Under the pieces are notes generated by a model. It was not told the DNA's origin, ran no database searches, and saw nothing but the letters and a program-made list of their open reading frames with translations. Position numbers and translations under genes: made by a program. 64,000 nucleotides of DNA from Octopus sinensis. Taxonomy: Eukaryota. The number at the start of each line of letters is the position of its first letter. Position 1 is the stretch's first letter. The stretch lies in contig NC_042999.1 in NCBI RefSeq assembly GCF_006345805.1, positions 76,756,001 through 76,820,000 of the forward strand. Direction: 5' to 3'. Below, one piece after another: positions 1 through 12,167 of the stretch.

Positions 1-172
1 AGAAGTAGCCCTCAAATTACATTCTATCGCCTTAAAAAGGGAAAGATGCAGTGAAGAATGCTATCCCAAATATACTATGCCTAAAATCAATGCAGGGTGA
101 CTATGACTGGAAAAACCCTGGTTATAAATTTATTCAAGCAGGCCTAAGCCCAAGCTAAATAGCATCAACCCA
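1..172 (+). repeat. Interspersed repeat family C (old SINE-like, (AAC)n tail)
   Basis: CCCTCAAAT.ACA.CCTA.CGTCTTAAAA...GCTAAACAACAAC-like sequence shared with copies at about 1290-1450, 22330-22510, 25030-25207, 29470-29840, 37380-37560, 50450-50700, 52085-52260, 57860-58030 and 59750-59990. Confidence 0.6.
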
Positions 173-837
173 ACTGCTTCGAAACAATGGGTTAGTTTCC
201 ATGAACTCAACTCAATTTTTCAATGTTTACTGCAAAAGAATCTTTTAGTCTTTAAAACTGGCACCAACCGAGCCAACGAGAATAATTCTAAATAGCGCCT
301 CATTATGCGCAATATATAAAATGAATTCCTTATAATTTCCCACCGGTTTAAAAAGTTTAACAGCTGAGCAAATGACAGGTTTTCAATATAGTCGCTCTTC
401 TTTGAAATAGAGACGATATGTGTTAAAGTCTTTAAATCAGAAGACAGTATCTGCCACAATAAATGCGCTTTCGTGCAGATTAGAAATGCTAATCTACTGT
501 TGTGTTAAGCAACTGTCTCTGTGTCAAAGATATGCTCAATAATAATAAGTCAGCAGTTGAGAAAAATATAAGTTGTTGCTGTTGTTGTTTTGACGTGTCT
601 ATTAAATATTGTTTGCAAATCAGATTTGAGCTCACTCTAAGAAAATAACTTGGATAAATAAATATATAAATAAACAAACGAATATAAATAAATAAACCGA
701 TCGATACGGACGCAATAATCAGGAATTTGTTAAAAGCTTCATAACATGATGAAATGCCAAACAAACAGACAAATACATCTTTTTGTTCATTTGCTGGTAT
801 TATTATTTTGTTGTTGTTGTTGGAATTATTTTGTTGT

Positions 838-845
838 TAATAATG

Positions 846-908
<63 letters not shown>
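838..908. repeat. (AAT)n microsatellite
   Basis: Direct reading. Confidence 0.95.
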
Positions 909-909
<1 letters not shown>

Positions 910-1147
910 CATCATGGTCTGCTTAACAGACTTCGTAATTTTTCCGCGTTGCAGACAATCTTCATTTCAATTGCAAGAGTTTTTATTTCTTTTTTTTCTT
1001 AAATTTATTAAATAATCAGGTGTTAGTTTATTGTGTAAAAGTGAAAGACTAGAAAATTAAGTGTCAATTTTTTGTATCAACAACTTAATCCTATGTAATA
1101 ATGTTTTATCGACAAAATTGCGACCGACTGATTGTAAATTGTTTAAA

Positions 1148-1182
1148 AATTTAGAAGACATTCATTGAATGTCTTCTAAATT
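1148..1182. repeat. Perfect palindrome, 17-bp arms with 1-nt spacer
   Basis: AATTTAGAAGACATTCA-T-TGAATGTCTTCTAAATT. Confidence 0.9.
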
Positions 1183-1638
1183 CTAAACAGTTTAGAGTTT
1201 GCTACGGATTTTAAATTGATAAATATTTATTTGCCATGATAACAGACGTTTCTTAGTTTGAGTTGTGAAGGATTTCAAAGAATTGTTTATTAGCAGGCTC
1301 CAAAAATAGTAGCCAAATCTTCCTCGTTTCACATTACCATTTTCAAGCAGAAAGGATGTATCGTATAATGTTTATGAAAGAATGGCTGAAAGGTCATAGC
1401 TGGGACGTTTTGGGCCATAAATTTGCTCAGTCGCAGCTGAACAACAAGAATAATTCCTACCAGCGAGAATAACTACTACCAGTAAATATAACAACTACTA
1501 CTGCTGCTACTGCTGCTGCTACTGCTGCTGCTGCTACAACTGTTTTTACTACTTCGGTTTGTGCTCGACTGGGAACTGAAATCTAAACCCATTGCCCACA
1601 ATCCCCAATCATTAAAAAAAGAAAAACAGTTTAAAACA

Positions 1639-1745
1639 TTGTAAGGTATATTTGCCATCTCAATATGGCTAACCACTAAAGGTGGGTGTTACTGTAGCTT
1701 GTAGCCCCAGGAGAACATCTCCTCCAGCTGGCTTTAGGCACACTT
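1639..1745 (-). mobile_element. Diverged fragment of the 352-bp hammerhead repeat family, flanked by a 16-bp direct repeat
   Basis: GTATATTTGCCATCTCAATATGGCTAACC...CCTCCAGCTGGC aligns with 55624-55722. AAAACAGTTTAAAACA occurs at 1623-1638 and 1746-1761. Confidence 0.8.
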
Positions 1746-2767
1746 AAAACAGTTTAAAACAGTAATTAAGAAATCAGTAGACATGAGTATAGAAAAGGGG
1801 TGGTGTACTGAATGACACAGGCAAAACATTCTTTATTCAGTGAAATTTGCGCTTAAGTTGAGGAAGAAAAGGAAAACCTAGCAGCAATTGTTAGGCAACC
1901 CCAAATTAAGAGGGGGATGATTTGAAGAAATTAATTCTTATAAATTATAATATTCATATTTAGGTGAAAATCTGAGATAATTGGGAACTAAATCATACAT
2001 GTTAATTTATATTATTAGGAAGAAATTTATTTTGCTAAGTAAAGTGACAGCTCGGATATTCAATCTTATCGAATTTTGACAGCGAAGCATAGCCAAACGC
2101 GAACCTGTTTGATCAGCCAAGAAAAATACTTACATTCAGAAAAGTATAAAAAAAAACAAAAATAAAATTGGCATTGTTAGATCTGTATAATGAGCTAAGG
2201 AAAATAATTCAAGTGAACTAACGCCATGAATTTAGATAAGTAAGGTAAAAATGGTGATGTATTAAATCATAACACTAAAAGTCTCATTCCCGACGATAAA
2301 CCCCAGTGATGCTTTCTCTACTATTTCTATAAACTGACGGGCGTTCTATGCATGATGGGAATAACTTGGGATATAAGACAAATGCTGTGCACAAAGGCTA
2401 GTGCTCCTAACATTTACTCTCATAGCCTACGTTTACTACACGCTTGCTTTATCGGCCTACAATAATAGGGTGTATCAATCAGTCGGCCACTTTTAAGAAC
2501 ATCGGTGATAATAGACATTCCCGCTTCGCTCCACAGCTTTCCTTTCATTTCTAGAAAGACTGTCTTTTCCTAAATAATATATCAATTTTGGTGACATCTT
2601 AGTTATTGAGATTATCTCCCCTTCTCATTCAAAGGTGTTCCCAATTGCCACCAAAAGACTGTTCAATCCTCTCTTGAAGCGAAGATGATTTCAATATATC
2701 AAGAATTTGTCTTGATTGGTGTTTAATATACCCGCCTGTTTATTGTTCTGATAGTCAGCTAGGGGAC

Positions 2768-2815
2768 ACATGAGGTTGGGAAGCAAGCTCCTTACCACGC
2801 ACCCACTCCTGCGCC
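2768..2815 (-). mobile_element. SINE family A, 5' head fragment
   Basis: Reverse complement of the GGCGCAGGAGTGG..GTGGTAAG..GCTTGCTT head. Confidence 0.7.
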
Positions 2816-2851
2816 TCCACAGGGCCTATATATATATATATATATATATAA

Positions 2852-3059
2852 GGTGCAGGAGTGGCTGTGTGGTAAGTAGCTAGCATACCAACCACATGGT
2901 TCCGGGTTCAGTCCCATTGCGTGGCACCTTGGGTACAGGACGTCACCAACTGACCGACTGAATAGATACTAGGCTTAAAAAGAAGAAGTCCTGGGGTCGA
3001 TTTGTTCGACTAAAGGTGGTGCTCCAGTATGGCCGCAGTCAAGTGACTGAAACAAGTAA
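2852..3059 (+). mobile_element. SINE family A (tRNA-derived, CORE-like), internally deleted
   Basis: A-box-like TGGCTGTGTGG and B-box-like GGTTCAGTCC, then GGCACCTTGGG joined to the 3' part ending TGACTGAAACAAGTAA. Confidence 0.8.
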
Positions 3060-3254
3060 TGTGACCGCGTGTGTACCGTTGGCGGTTTTTTCCTCCGTCT
3101 TCCCTTCTCTGGATCTTTCCTTTTCCTATGTTTCTGACGAAGAGGTCCGCTCGAAACGTTAAACCCTCCTTCTTGCCTTCCTTCCTGAGCGTCCAATAAT
3201 ACTATATTTGTTCTCGCGTTGTTGTGTTTTCTCTTTGTGTTTTCATGTTTGGAT

Positions 3255-3258
<4 letters not shown>
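3060..3258 (+). mobile_element. Putative Penelope-like terminal (pLTR) fragment carrying the minimal hammerhead
   Basis: Non-microsatellite block that replaces the SINE tail, contains the CTGACGA...GAAAC motif and ends at (TA)n. Confidence 0.45.
3130..3164 (+). ncRNA. Minimal Penelope-type hammerhead-like motif
   Basis: GUUU-CUGACGA-A-GAG-GUCCG-CUC-GAAA-CGUU-AAAC: 4-bp stem I, 3-bp stem II, loopless palindromic stem III (AACGUU). Confidence 0.55.
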
Positions 3259-3306
<48 letters not shown>

Positions 3307-3308
<2 letters not shown>

Positions 3309-3424
3309 CGTAGGAGTGGCTGTGTGGTAAGTAGCTTGCTTACCAACCACATGGTTCTGGGTTCAGTCCCACTGCGTGGCACTTGGACAAGTGTCTTCTA
3401 CTATGGCCTCGGGCAGACCAAACC
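3307..3424 (+). mobile_element. SINE family A, 5' part
   Basis: Matches the head of the 17848-18249 copy; between (TA)n tracts. Confidence 0.85.
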
Positions 3425-3525
3425 TATATATATATATATATATACTTTATTTAAAGCATATTACTCTACCACTGGTATTTGAGTACTCTTTTTTCCACCT
3501 TGTTTCACATTTATGTGTTTACTCC

Positions 3526-3613
<88 letters not shown>

Positions 3614-4586
3614 TGCATGTATGTATGTATGTTTGTATGTATATACATGTAAGATGAGTTAAGTCAACGACTTTGATGCACATATCAGGAGGACAAGATG
3701 GAAACTCACTGCCAATTATATTATTATAGTGTAATGTAATTTTATAAATTAGAACATCGAGACTGTAAGTAGTGCGGTAGCGAAGATCTCGTCTCAAAGT
3801 TAAGATTTGTGAAAAAAATTTGCTTTTTAAATTTCAATAAAAACTTATGTATTATATTCCCATAATAACTGGATTTTATCGTTTGAAAACACTGAAAGTT
3901 CATTTCAGATAAGTAAGATATAGCGTTCACATTTCCGACAATGAATATTAATGTAATATTTGAATTATTCAAATTATAATGCATAAACTCTTAGCTCCAG
4001 AATGCAAATATCTATTTTAATAATTCAGTAACTATATGTACATAATGAGAAATCAGACTAAGCTATATTTGAAGTGATGAGGAATCGTATAACTAGAAGT
4101 ACAAAATGGAAACAGATACAAGCAGATGGGCTCGAAACTATGTGATTTCAATTTCAATCTTAATGTGCGACATCCTGGGAAAGTATCTTGTAGCAGAGCC
4201 TTGGACTGACCAAAGCTTTGTGAAATTTAGTAGAGGGAAATTATGTGAAAGCCCATAGAGGACACAGTGCATATTGCGTGGCGGTAACCTTAATCGCCCA
4301 AAACAATACCACCAACTTCAGCTTGGGAACGTCTACCGAAGTGCAATCTTTTTCACATATTCGAACTCGGACTACAATCTAAAGATAACCTCTTTTCTGT
4401 CCCACCAATTTCAGAGGCGTTGAAATCGTTCATGGACAACGGCCAAGCTATACGAGTTATTTAAAAATAAAAAGATAAAGGGTACTTGTGGTGGTATATA
4501 TGTGATAGGGTGGTTCTAATAATGCGGTATTGATCCTATAGTTCATGTGTTATATTTAACTTATGGTTAATAGTGAGCTTTATCGA

Positions 4587-4754
4587 TAACAGGATTTGGA
4601 TAAAAGAAAATACAGGAGAATCAGTTAATTATGATTTTATTCAACATATTCCCGTCTCAGATTCATACACTTATTGCAGGGGTCTTTCAGTTTTTCTAAG
4701 CCCTGTAAAAGAATTCGGATAGCCTTTCTCGATACCCTTTTCAGCACACCTTCA
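4587..4754 (-). mobile_element. Mariner-derived MITE, internally deleted
   Basis: AAAATACAGGAGAATCAGTTAATTATGATTTTATTCAACATATTCCC... matches the 16293-16499 copy. Confidence 0.7.
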
Positions 4755-5201
4755 TATGTACAAAGAGACAAAGATGGTAGACAAAGATGCTAGGGACGAA
4801 TTAGGAGAAGTCTTAAACTTTGATGTTCTTTTCTTTAATATAGGCACAGGGTCACAGAGTTGAGTATGTGTCCTGTTGAGGGAGAATAGTCAATTATATA
4901 GAATCAAGCACTTATATATATTTTAGCGACTAAGGAATGAGGAAACAACGACCTCTATGGACTCGGAAATCGTACAGACGGCATTTAATCCAGTTCTTTA
5001 GTGATCCTGCCTTTAATCAACTTGAGAAATGATAATATTGAAATTGTCTGTCTGGAGAAATATATTTATGGCGCAAACAACATATCTCATACACACACAG
5101 ACACACACGTGTGTGAATGTGCATATTATGTTTTTGGCATCCGTATAATTTGTGCATACATATAATTTATTTCCGTTTTCTCCTCATCTATCTTTCTCTC
5201 T

Positions 5202-5245
<44 letters not shown>

Positions 5246-6051
5246 CTCTTTTCGCCACTCCCTCTCTTTCTATGCTCATACATATATACATGTATAATGA
5301 TTGATATATGATATAATTTTTCATATATATATAGATACACGTATATATATACATCTATGTATGTGCATGCGCGGGTATTTATATGTTTGTGTATTATTCA
5401 GGCTGTGTCATCTTTAAATATGTGATTGATATCATGATAAAGAATCCTCTGGCGCTGCAATGTGACGAAGGTCGAAGTTCAGTTATAGAAAATTAGATAA
5501 ATATGAATTTTATTCGTAGCGCCAAATATCTCTATTAATACGAATTAGTTTCTCGAATATGTATAATGAATCTAAAATTAACCAGACAATATAGCATATA
5601 TACATTGTTTTTCTTTTTAAATTGAAGATAATGCTTCATTTTCATTGGAAAATTTATTTTGAACTTTCACATGAAAATCTATCATTTAATTTGCAAATAG
5701 CGTGATACATACAGGCGCATAAAGATGAATTCTAAATAAAGGAAACCGTTTTGAAAATATGTTACTGTTATACATTATGTTCACTGGTAAAGTGCTGGAG
5801 GGGGTACAGGCGAGAGAACAGTGCATTTAAACATTTTACATATTTATATTCTTCATCTTTTCTCTGGATTCAGAAAATACTCTTCAATGATTACTAGCTG
5901 ACCTTCTAAAGAGTCCTGTTACTACTGCTGTTGCTGCACAGATATTTCAAACGGCATCTAAATCAAAACCATCGACTTGATTAATGGGCAAAAACTCACC
6001 AACACGCTACAGCCACAGACGTGTTGGTTATGCTCTTTGCTACTGCTGCTG

Positions 6052-6452
<401 letters not shown>

Positions 6453-6468
6453 TAATAATAATAATACA

Positions 6469-6537
6469 GAAGAAGAAGAAGAAGAAGAAGAAGAAGAAGA
6501 AGAAGAAGAAGAAGAAGAAGAAGAAGAAGAAGAAGAA
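6469..6537. repeat. (GAA)n microsatellite
   Basis: Direct reading. Confidence 0.95.
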
Positions 6538-7014
6538 GCCCTGATGCAGTACCAAGCAGTGACTCCCATGGTTCTTGATCTTAACTGATTGGAAGTGTTA
6601 TCATGTACATTGTTTTGTCTTGGCATAAAAGATGGTCTACAGCAAATATTCTGCTCAATACCACAGATTTGCTTGTCAGTTGTTTGACCTGAACCAGTTG
6701 ACCATGTCCATTAGTGACTGACGATATATGCATATCTGATCTCGAGCAGAAGTGCTGGGGGAGCATCAAGCCATGTGTTGAGAAGAATTCTTTGGGTTTT
6801 GGATAATTCACCTTTGGAAACATGGGTGTTTTGTTCAACATCCTTAAACAAACCTTATTCAGGGACCTTATGATGCGCACATATGATTGTGATGCATGTG
6901 CCTGGTGTACCCTTATCAGATGGGCAGTCATGATGGGTATACTGGGCGTCGTATATTTTACCCCAGTGTCACTTTGATGGCATGCACTGCTCTCTCACTC
7001 AATAATAATAATAA
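6538..7014 (+). mobile_element. Probable retroelement end or non-autonomous repeat terminating in (AAT)n
   Basis: Sharp GC-richer block between (GAA)n and an (AAT)n tail. It resembles a common octopus repeat from memory; single copy here, so not confirmable in the window. Confidence 0.45.
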
Positions 7015-7264
7015 CGGATTCTAATTTAGGCACAAGAGCAAAAATTTGCAGTTTAGGGGTTACTCCAGAAGATCAACCCCATATATACCTGTGTATGTGT
7101 GCGCGCGCGTGTACGGATGTATGTAAGTATATACATATTCATATGTAAACATACACACACATAAATATGTATGTATACACACACACAAACATATGTATGT
7201 AACTTTAAGGATGTATGAGTATATATGTATGCGTTGAGTGTGTGTAAGAGTGAAAGAGAGCAAT

Positions 7265-7615
7265 GAAGAAAGGAAAGAAAGATGCGTTCACATAAATGGG
7301 AACCCTATTTCCAATTTTTGATCTCAAATTAATTACATACTCCAAAATATAAGCAAGTTCTTTTGATTAAATGGATTTTGTAGACCTTGATATTTGGCGG
7401 TTATTACGAGATGTTAATAGAATTCATTATTTTCTTTGGTTTTGCTTTTTGAGAAATTTTCGGTTTTTCTCTTTTCCATTTTGGTTTTTCTCACATAGTA
7501 ATTTTCAACATGTGGCAGAGGAAATTATTCATTTAGTGAATCTTGTAAGGTTTGAATATCAGCATTTTCAAGTCAACCATCATACGAAGATGAAGATGAT
7601 TGCTAGTGATGATAT
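7265..7615 (+). repeat. Old ~350-bp direct duplication (partner at 9545-9900)
   Basis: Shared blocks AATTAATTACA, TAAGCAAGT, GATTAAATGGATT, TAATAGAATTCAT, GGCAGAGGAAATTATT, GTAAGGTTTGAATATCAG. Confidence 0.8.
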
Positions 7616-7849
7616 AGTTGAAGTGAAATTAGATGCAGCCATGTTGCCCATATCAGTCAGCCATCGTAGAGCCACTACAACAATGTTACCATAGCAGGTA
7701 TAATACTTTAGTGCAACAGTACCATCACAACATAATTAGTACGTTGACCTTCTGATAATGCTTGAACCAGTTGTCAAGCACCCCACCTAGATGTCGATGC
7801 TAGATGTGTCGAAACAGTTGTTTCATCTTCCACCTTTCATTTATCATAC

Positions 7850-7920
<71 letters not shown>

Positions 7921-7922
<2 letters not shown>

Positions 7923-8062
7923 CTCTTTTATTCTTCTACTTGTTTCAGTCATTTGACTGCTGCCATGCTGGAGCACCCTAGTACTTATTCTATCGGACAT
8001 TTTTGCCGAACCGCTCAGTTACGGGGACATAAATACACCAGCATCGGTTGTCACAAGATGGT
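7921..8062 (-). mobile_element. SINE family A, 3' part
   Basis: TACTTGTTTCAGTCATTTGACTGC...CCAGCATCGGTTGTCA matches other copies. Confidence 0.8.
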
Positions 8063-8239
8063 CATTGTATTACATTGCAATTGCTCTGAAACATAGTGAG
8101 TTGTCGTGTGAGTCATTTCAATAGTCAGTGTATAATGGTTCATGCCATGAAGTTCACAGTTATATTTTCATTCGAATTATATACGTACGCATGTGTGTGT
8201 GTGTGTGTGTGTGCGTGTGTGTGTGCGCGCACGCGCATA

Positions 8240-9439
8240 CACAGGGATTGGAAAAAATAGTTGGAACAGTAGAAATTTAACTCCAATATTTCAATGCGCC
8301 ATTATATTACGAATATCCATACAAATTTCATTGGGAGTGTTTTTGTTTTGGTTTGTAGATGGTTTTATTTATCTAATTTGCTGATTATTTCTATCTCTTT
8401 CAGATTGTAGTATAAATTAAGCTAAGATGCGAAAAAGGGCAAATTGTTGGAACTCGAATGGTAGGAGCTTCCTTCACCAGAACAGCTGAACTATATCAAG
8501 TACCATGGTTGAATTTGAGAAGCAGGGTAAAACCTCCAGCAGGACTTCGAAGCTCACTGAAAGAGTGTTGAATCACATCGTGAAGAAAAATCACCGGACA
8601 ACTGCCCCCAAAGTAACTACAGAGTTGAATCAGCATCTGACTAGCCCAGTTCCGACAAAAACTGTTCGCTGTGAGCTCAATAAAGCTGGATATCATGGAA
8701 GAGATGCCATCAGGAAACCTCTGCTTTCTCATCAAAACATTCAGAAAAGGCTGAATTGGTGTAGAGATCTCAAGGGCTAGATCTCAATGGAAGCAAGTAA
8801 AATTTTCCGACGAGTCCAGTTTTTCTCTTTTCCTCCCTGCAGGGTGAGTTTATGTGTGGAGGCAACCCAGGGAAGCTTTTTATCCTGACTGCCTTCTTCT
8901 TACAGTGAAGCATGGAGGAGGGTCTGTGATGGTTTGGGTTGCCATTTCTTAAAATTCTCCTAGTCCAGTCGTTGCCCTGCACGGTAGGATCAACAGCAAT
9001 GATTATCTGAATATTTTGGGAAATCAAGTCCTTCCCCTGGTCCAGTCATTATTCCTTGATGGTGAGTACAGCTTCCAAGATGACAATGCTTCAATGCACA
9101 CCTCTCATGTTGTTAAGAATTGACATGAAGAGCATAATAGTGAGCTACAATACATGGAGTAGTCACCTTAATCTCCAGACTTCAATATTATTGAGCATCT
9201 GTGGTACATCTTGGAGTGACAGGTTAGAAGTCGTTACCCTCTACCGTCGTGTCTGCAACAGCTGGAACAGGTTTTGCGGGGGTAATGGCTCAAGATTCCT
9301 CTCAATGAAGTCAGGAAGCTGCATGAATCAATTCCTAGACGCAACGAAGCAGTTCAGAAAGCTGAAAGAGAACGAACTCCATATTAAATAAATATTCATT
9401 GAATTTAACACGTGTTCCAATTATTTTGTCCAACCCGTG
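8240..9439 (+). mobile_element. Tc1-like DNA transposon, 1.2 kb, decayed; DD36E spacing
   Basis: Imperfect TIRs CACAGGGATTGGAAAAAATAGTTGGAACA and GTGTTCCAATTATTTTGTCCAACCCGTG, with TA on both sides (8238-8239, 9440-9441) and an internal transposase remnant. Confidence 0.92.
8425..9387 (+). pseudogene. Tc1-family transposase pseudogene
   Basis: HTH region (NHRTTAPKVTTELN...KTVRCELNKAGYHGR..RKPLLS), FSDESSF, TVKHGGGSVMVW, FQDDNASMH, SPDFNIIEHLW; several in-frame stops and frameshifts. Confidence 0.9.
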
Positions 9440-9787
9440 TATGTGTTTACGTGTATGTGCTCGTTTGTGTGCGCGTGACTGTCTGTGTCTGTATGTATGC
9501 ATGTACAATAAAACTTTTTTTTCTTTTTGTATCTATGAATAAGAGGCAGAAAGAAAGATGACATATATGAAGTATGAAATTCTCGTTCCGAATTTCTGCG
9601 CTAGAATTAATTACAAAGTCTCCAAAGTGTAAGCAAGTCCTTTCGATTAAATGGATTCTATAGCCCTTGGTATTTTATGGTTATTATGAGATGCTAATAG
9701 AATTCATATTTTTCTATTTAGTTTTGCTAATAGGGAAATTATTTTCTTTTTCCAATTAACTTTTTCTCATGCTGTAATTTTCTACAG

Positions 9788-9826
9788 GTTATTCCGGCAG
9801 AGGAAATTATTTGGTTGTTGAATCAA
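9788..9826 (+). other. Candidate 39-nt frame-preserving micro-exon
   Basis: ttttctacag|GTTATTCC...GAATCAA|gtaagg; open in two frames (VIPAEEIIWLLNQ or YSGRGNYLVVES). Confidence 0.35.
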
Positions 9827-11297
9827 GTAAGGTTTGAATATCAGTTTTCTCAAGTAATCCATCGTGGTAAAGGTGAAGATGACTACGGGTGATCACGTGG
9901 ATGATGTTCTATGTGCAGTATATATATATATAAACAGTATGCAATCAAGAGGTGCAAATATCGCCGATTGATGATAAGCTCCGGACACATTGTATTTGTG
10001 ATATTTGCACAATTTTCTGTTTAATTATTTTACATCCTTCACATGCTCCTCGCACCTTGATTTCCTGCAATATTCAGTTTAGTGAAGAGGGATTGGATTC
10101 ATGAGGCTTACGCACTACATGAAAACGAAGCACTTGATTCTGATCCAACGAGCAATTGATTGCTACAGTACAAATAATATTAAGGGTAGCAATGAGATTT
10201 TGGTCACGAATAACACATATGTAGAAGCACCATGAAATAACGGCAATATCCCGAGCAGGCCAATATATTTTCTGGTTTTCAACAAGTGCAGTATTTCAAC
10301 TCCCGATGTAGGTGAATCTTTGACTTCGGTTTTCCAAGGACTTTTATAATTAAGATATTTTATGCGCCTAATGCATGTTTACAAAACTTGTGGGCTATTT
10401 TTTTTAGATACAAGTTCTGCTGAACATTGTATTTCCTTTTCGTTTAATTTCCATCGAAGTGTTGCTCGATGTTAACACATTATTCAAATGTTTGGATTAA
10501 TATTTTAGGATGCACTGAATTAATAGTTTTGTGTACACAGATAATTTACATGAATTATTAAATTGTTTTTCAAAACAAAACTTTATATGAACATTTTTTA
10601 TTTGACCCGTAATGGTGCTTCAGCTAAATTTAAACGAAAAACAAGCATTTTAATGAACATATAGCAAATATACACAAACAAGCTTCCTTAGCAGCCAGAG
10701 ATAGATTTTTCAGACAGGAAAACTTTAAGTCACATAGTGACGACGATGGCGGCAGTGACGCATTCACACCAATTTCACCGAGCGAGAATGCTCCAAACAG
10801 AAGCATTTCTACCAATGCTGCGAGTTTTGCTCGAATTATCTCCAAAATTCAGTCCTGGAATATGGGAAAAAACAGTACGAAAGGAAATATTGATAAAGTT
10901 AAGTTCACAAAGAACTCATCATCCAGGTTCAAAAATTCATTCGGGAGCAGAAGCGGAAACTAATTTATTCTCTTCTCACAGAAGGTGGAAATGCCATTTC
11001 TTTATTCTATTCTCATAAGAGTACTTGAAGTCTTCACAAGTATCCTGGCCAGTGTCTTACAGGGATGGTCAAAGCTTACGGTATTGTCTACCTAACCATC
11101 AGGCCAAGGAAGAGTTATGGAGACGAGCAGAGAATATGTGCGACACACTCGCTAAGCTTGTTCCCCAAGAGACAGAGGTGGAGGGAGAAAGAGAGATTTC
11201 ACCTTCCCTTTAAAATGCACATGGTGGAAACCTCGGTTTTTGTAGATAGAAAGCTAGTTTTTCTGTCAACTCAATCACGACATAGGCGAGCGAGCGC

Positions 11298-11333
<36 letters not shown>

Positions 11334-12097
11334 TTGTGACCTTCAAGACTGAGAACGAAACAAAGCGTCAACTTGAGTTCTGACGTCATATACCCGACCA
11401 CAAACACGTTCCACGGTGTATTGGTAATGTTCAAAGATCACTGTCAGGAGAATAACTAGTGATATTAACCCTTGGTTTATCATCTCCTCTGTAACAAAGT
11501 ATGGGCAAGGGGTGAACACTGCAGTAACTGAAAAGTACATGTGGTTAGATGGGGTTTGTATGAACGTGCATATCGTAGTTACGCCCAAAAAGCATAAGTA
11601 TATTTCTGAGCTATGTTCGTTGCGGATGCAAGAACGAAAGCTAAGAGACTCGGAGTAAAATCCATGTCTAACTGCTAAATTAGTGATAATATACAACACC
11701 TAAGAGTTTTCGGCCCTGAGGAGTTGAGGAAGCAGAAGAGGAAAGAGTGTATTGCACAAAAGAAGAGCCAGAATCAACAAAAGTAGAATTCAGAGCCTGC
11801 TTTAAACTTTGGAGTAGGAAACGTTGCACTACATTGTGAAACGTCTCTTACTTTCTTTATAAAATTTTTATTCGTTTGTCACCTTTGTTTTCGATTTATT
11901 GCAACACTTTTGTGTACATATTATTGTATGCATCAATGAGTTATGGTGGCAATATGAGAAAAAAATATTTATTCAGTATCATCATTGTTGTTGTTGTTAT
12001 CGTTCACATATGAAAAATTCATACAATAAACTAAGGTTACCATAATGATAATTGTAATATTTTTTCTAGCATTCAAACATGCATTCTTCGTGTTGTC

Positions 12098-12167
<70 letters not shown>

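Noticed and set aside
1850-2320. Possible ancient minus-strand LINE remnant
   Set aside because: Only one vague motif (SLGFIV); too degenerate to support.
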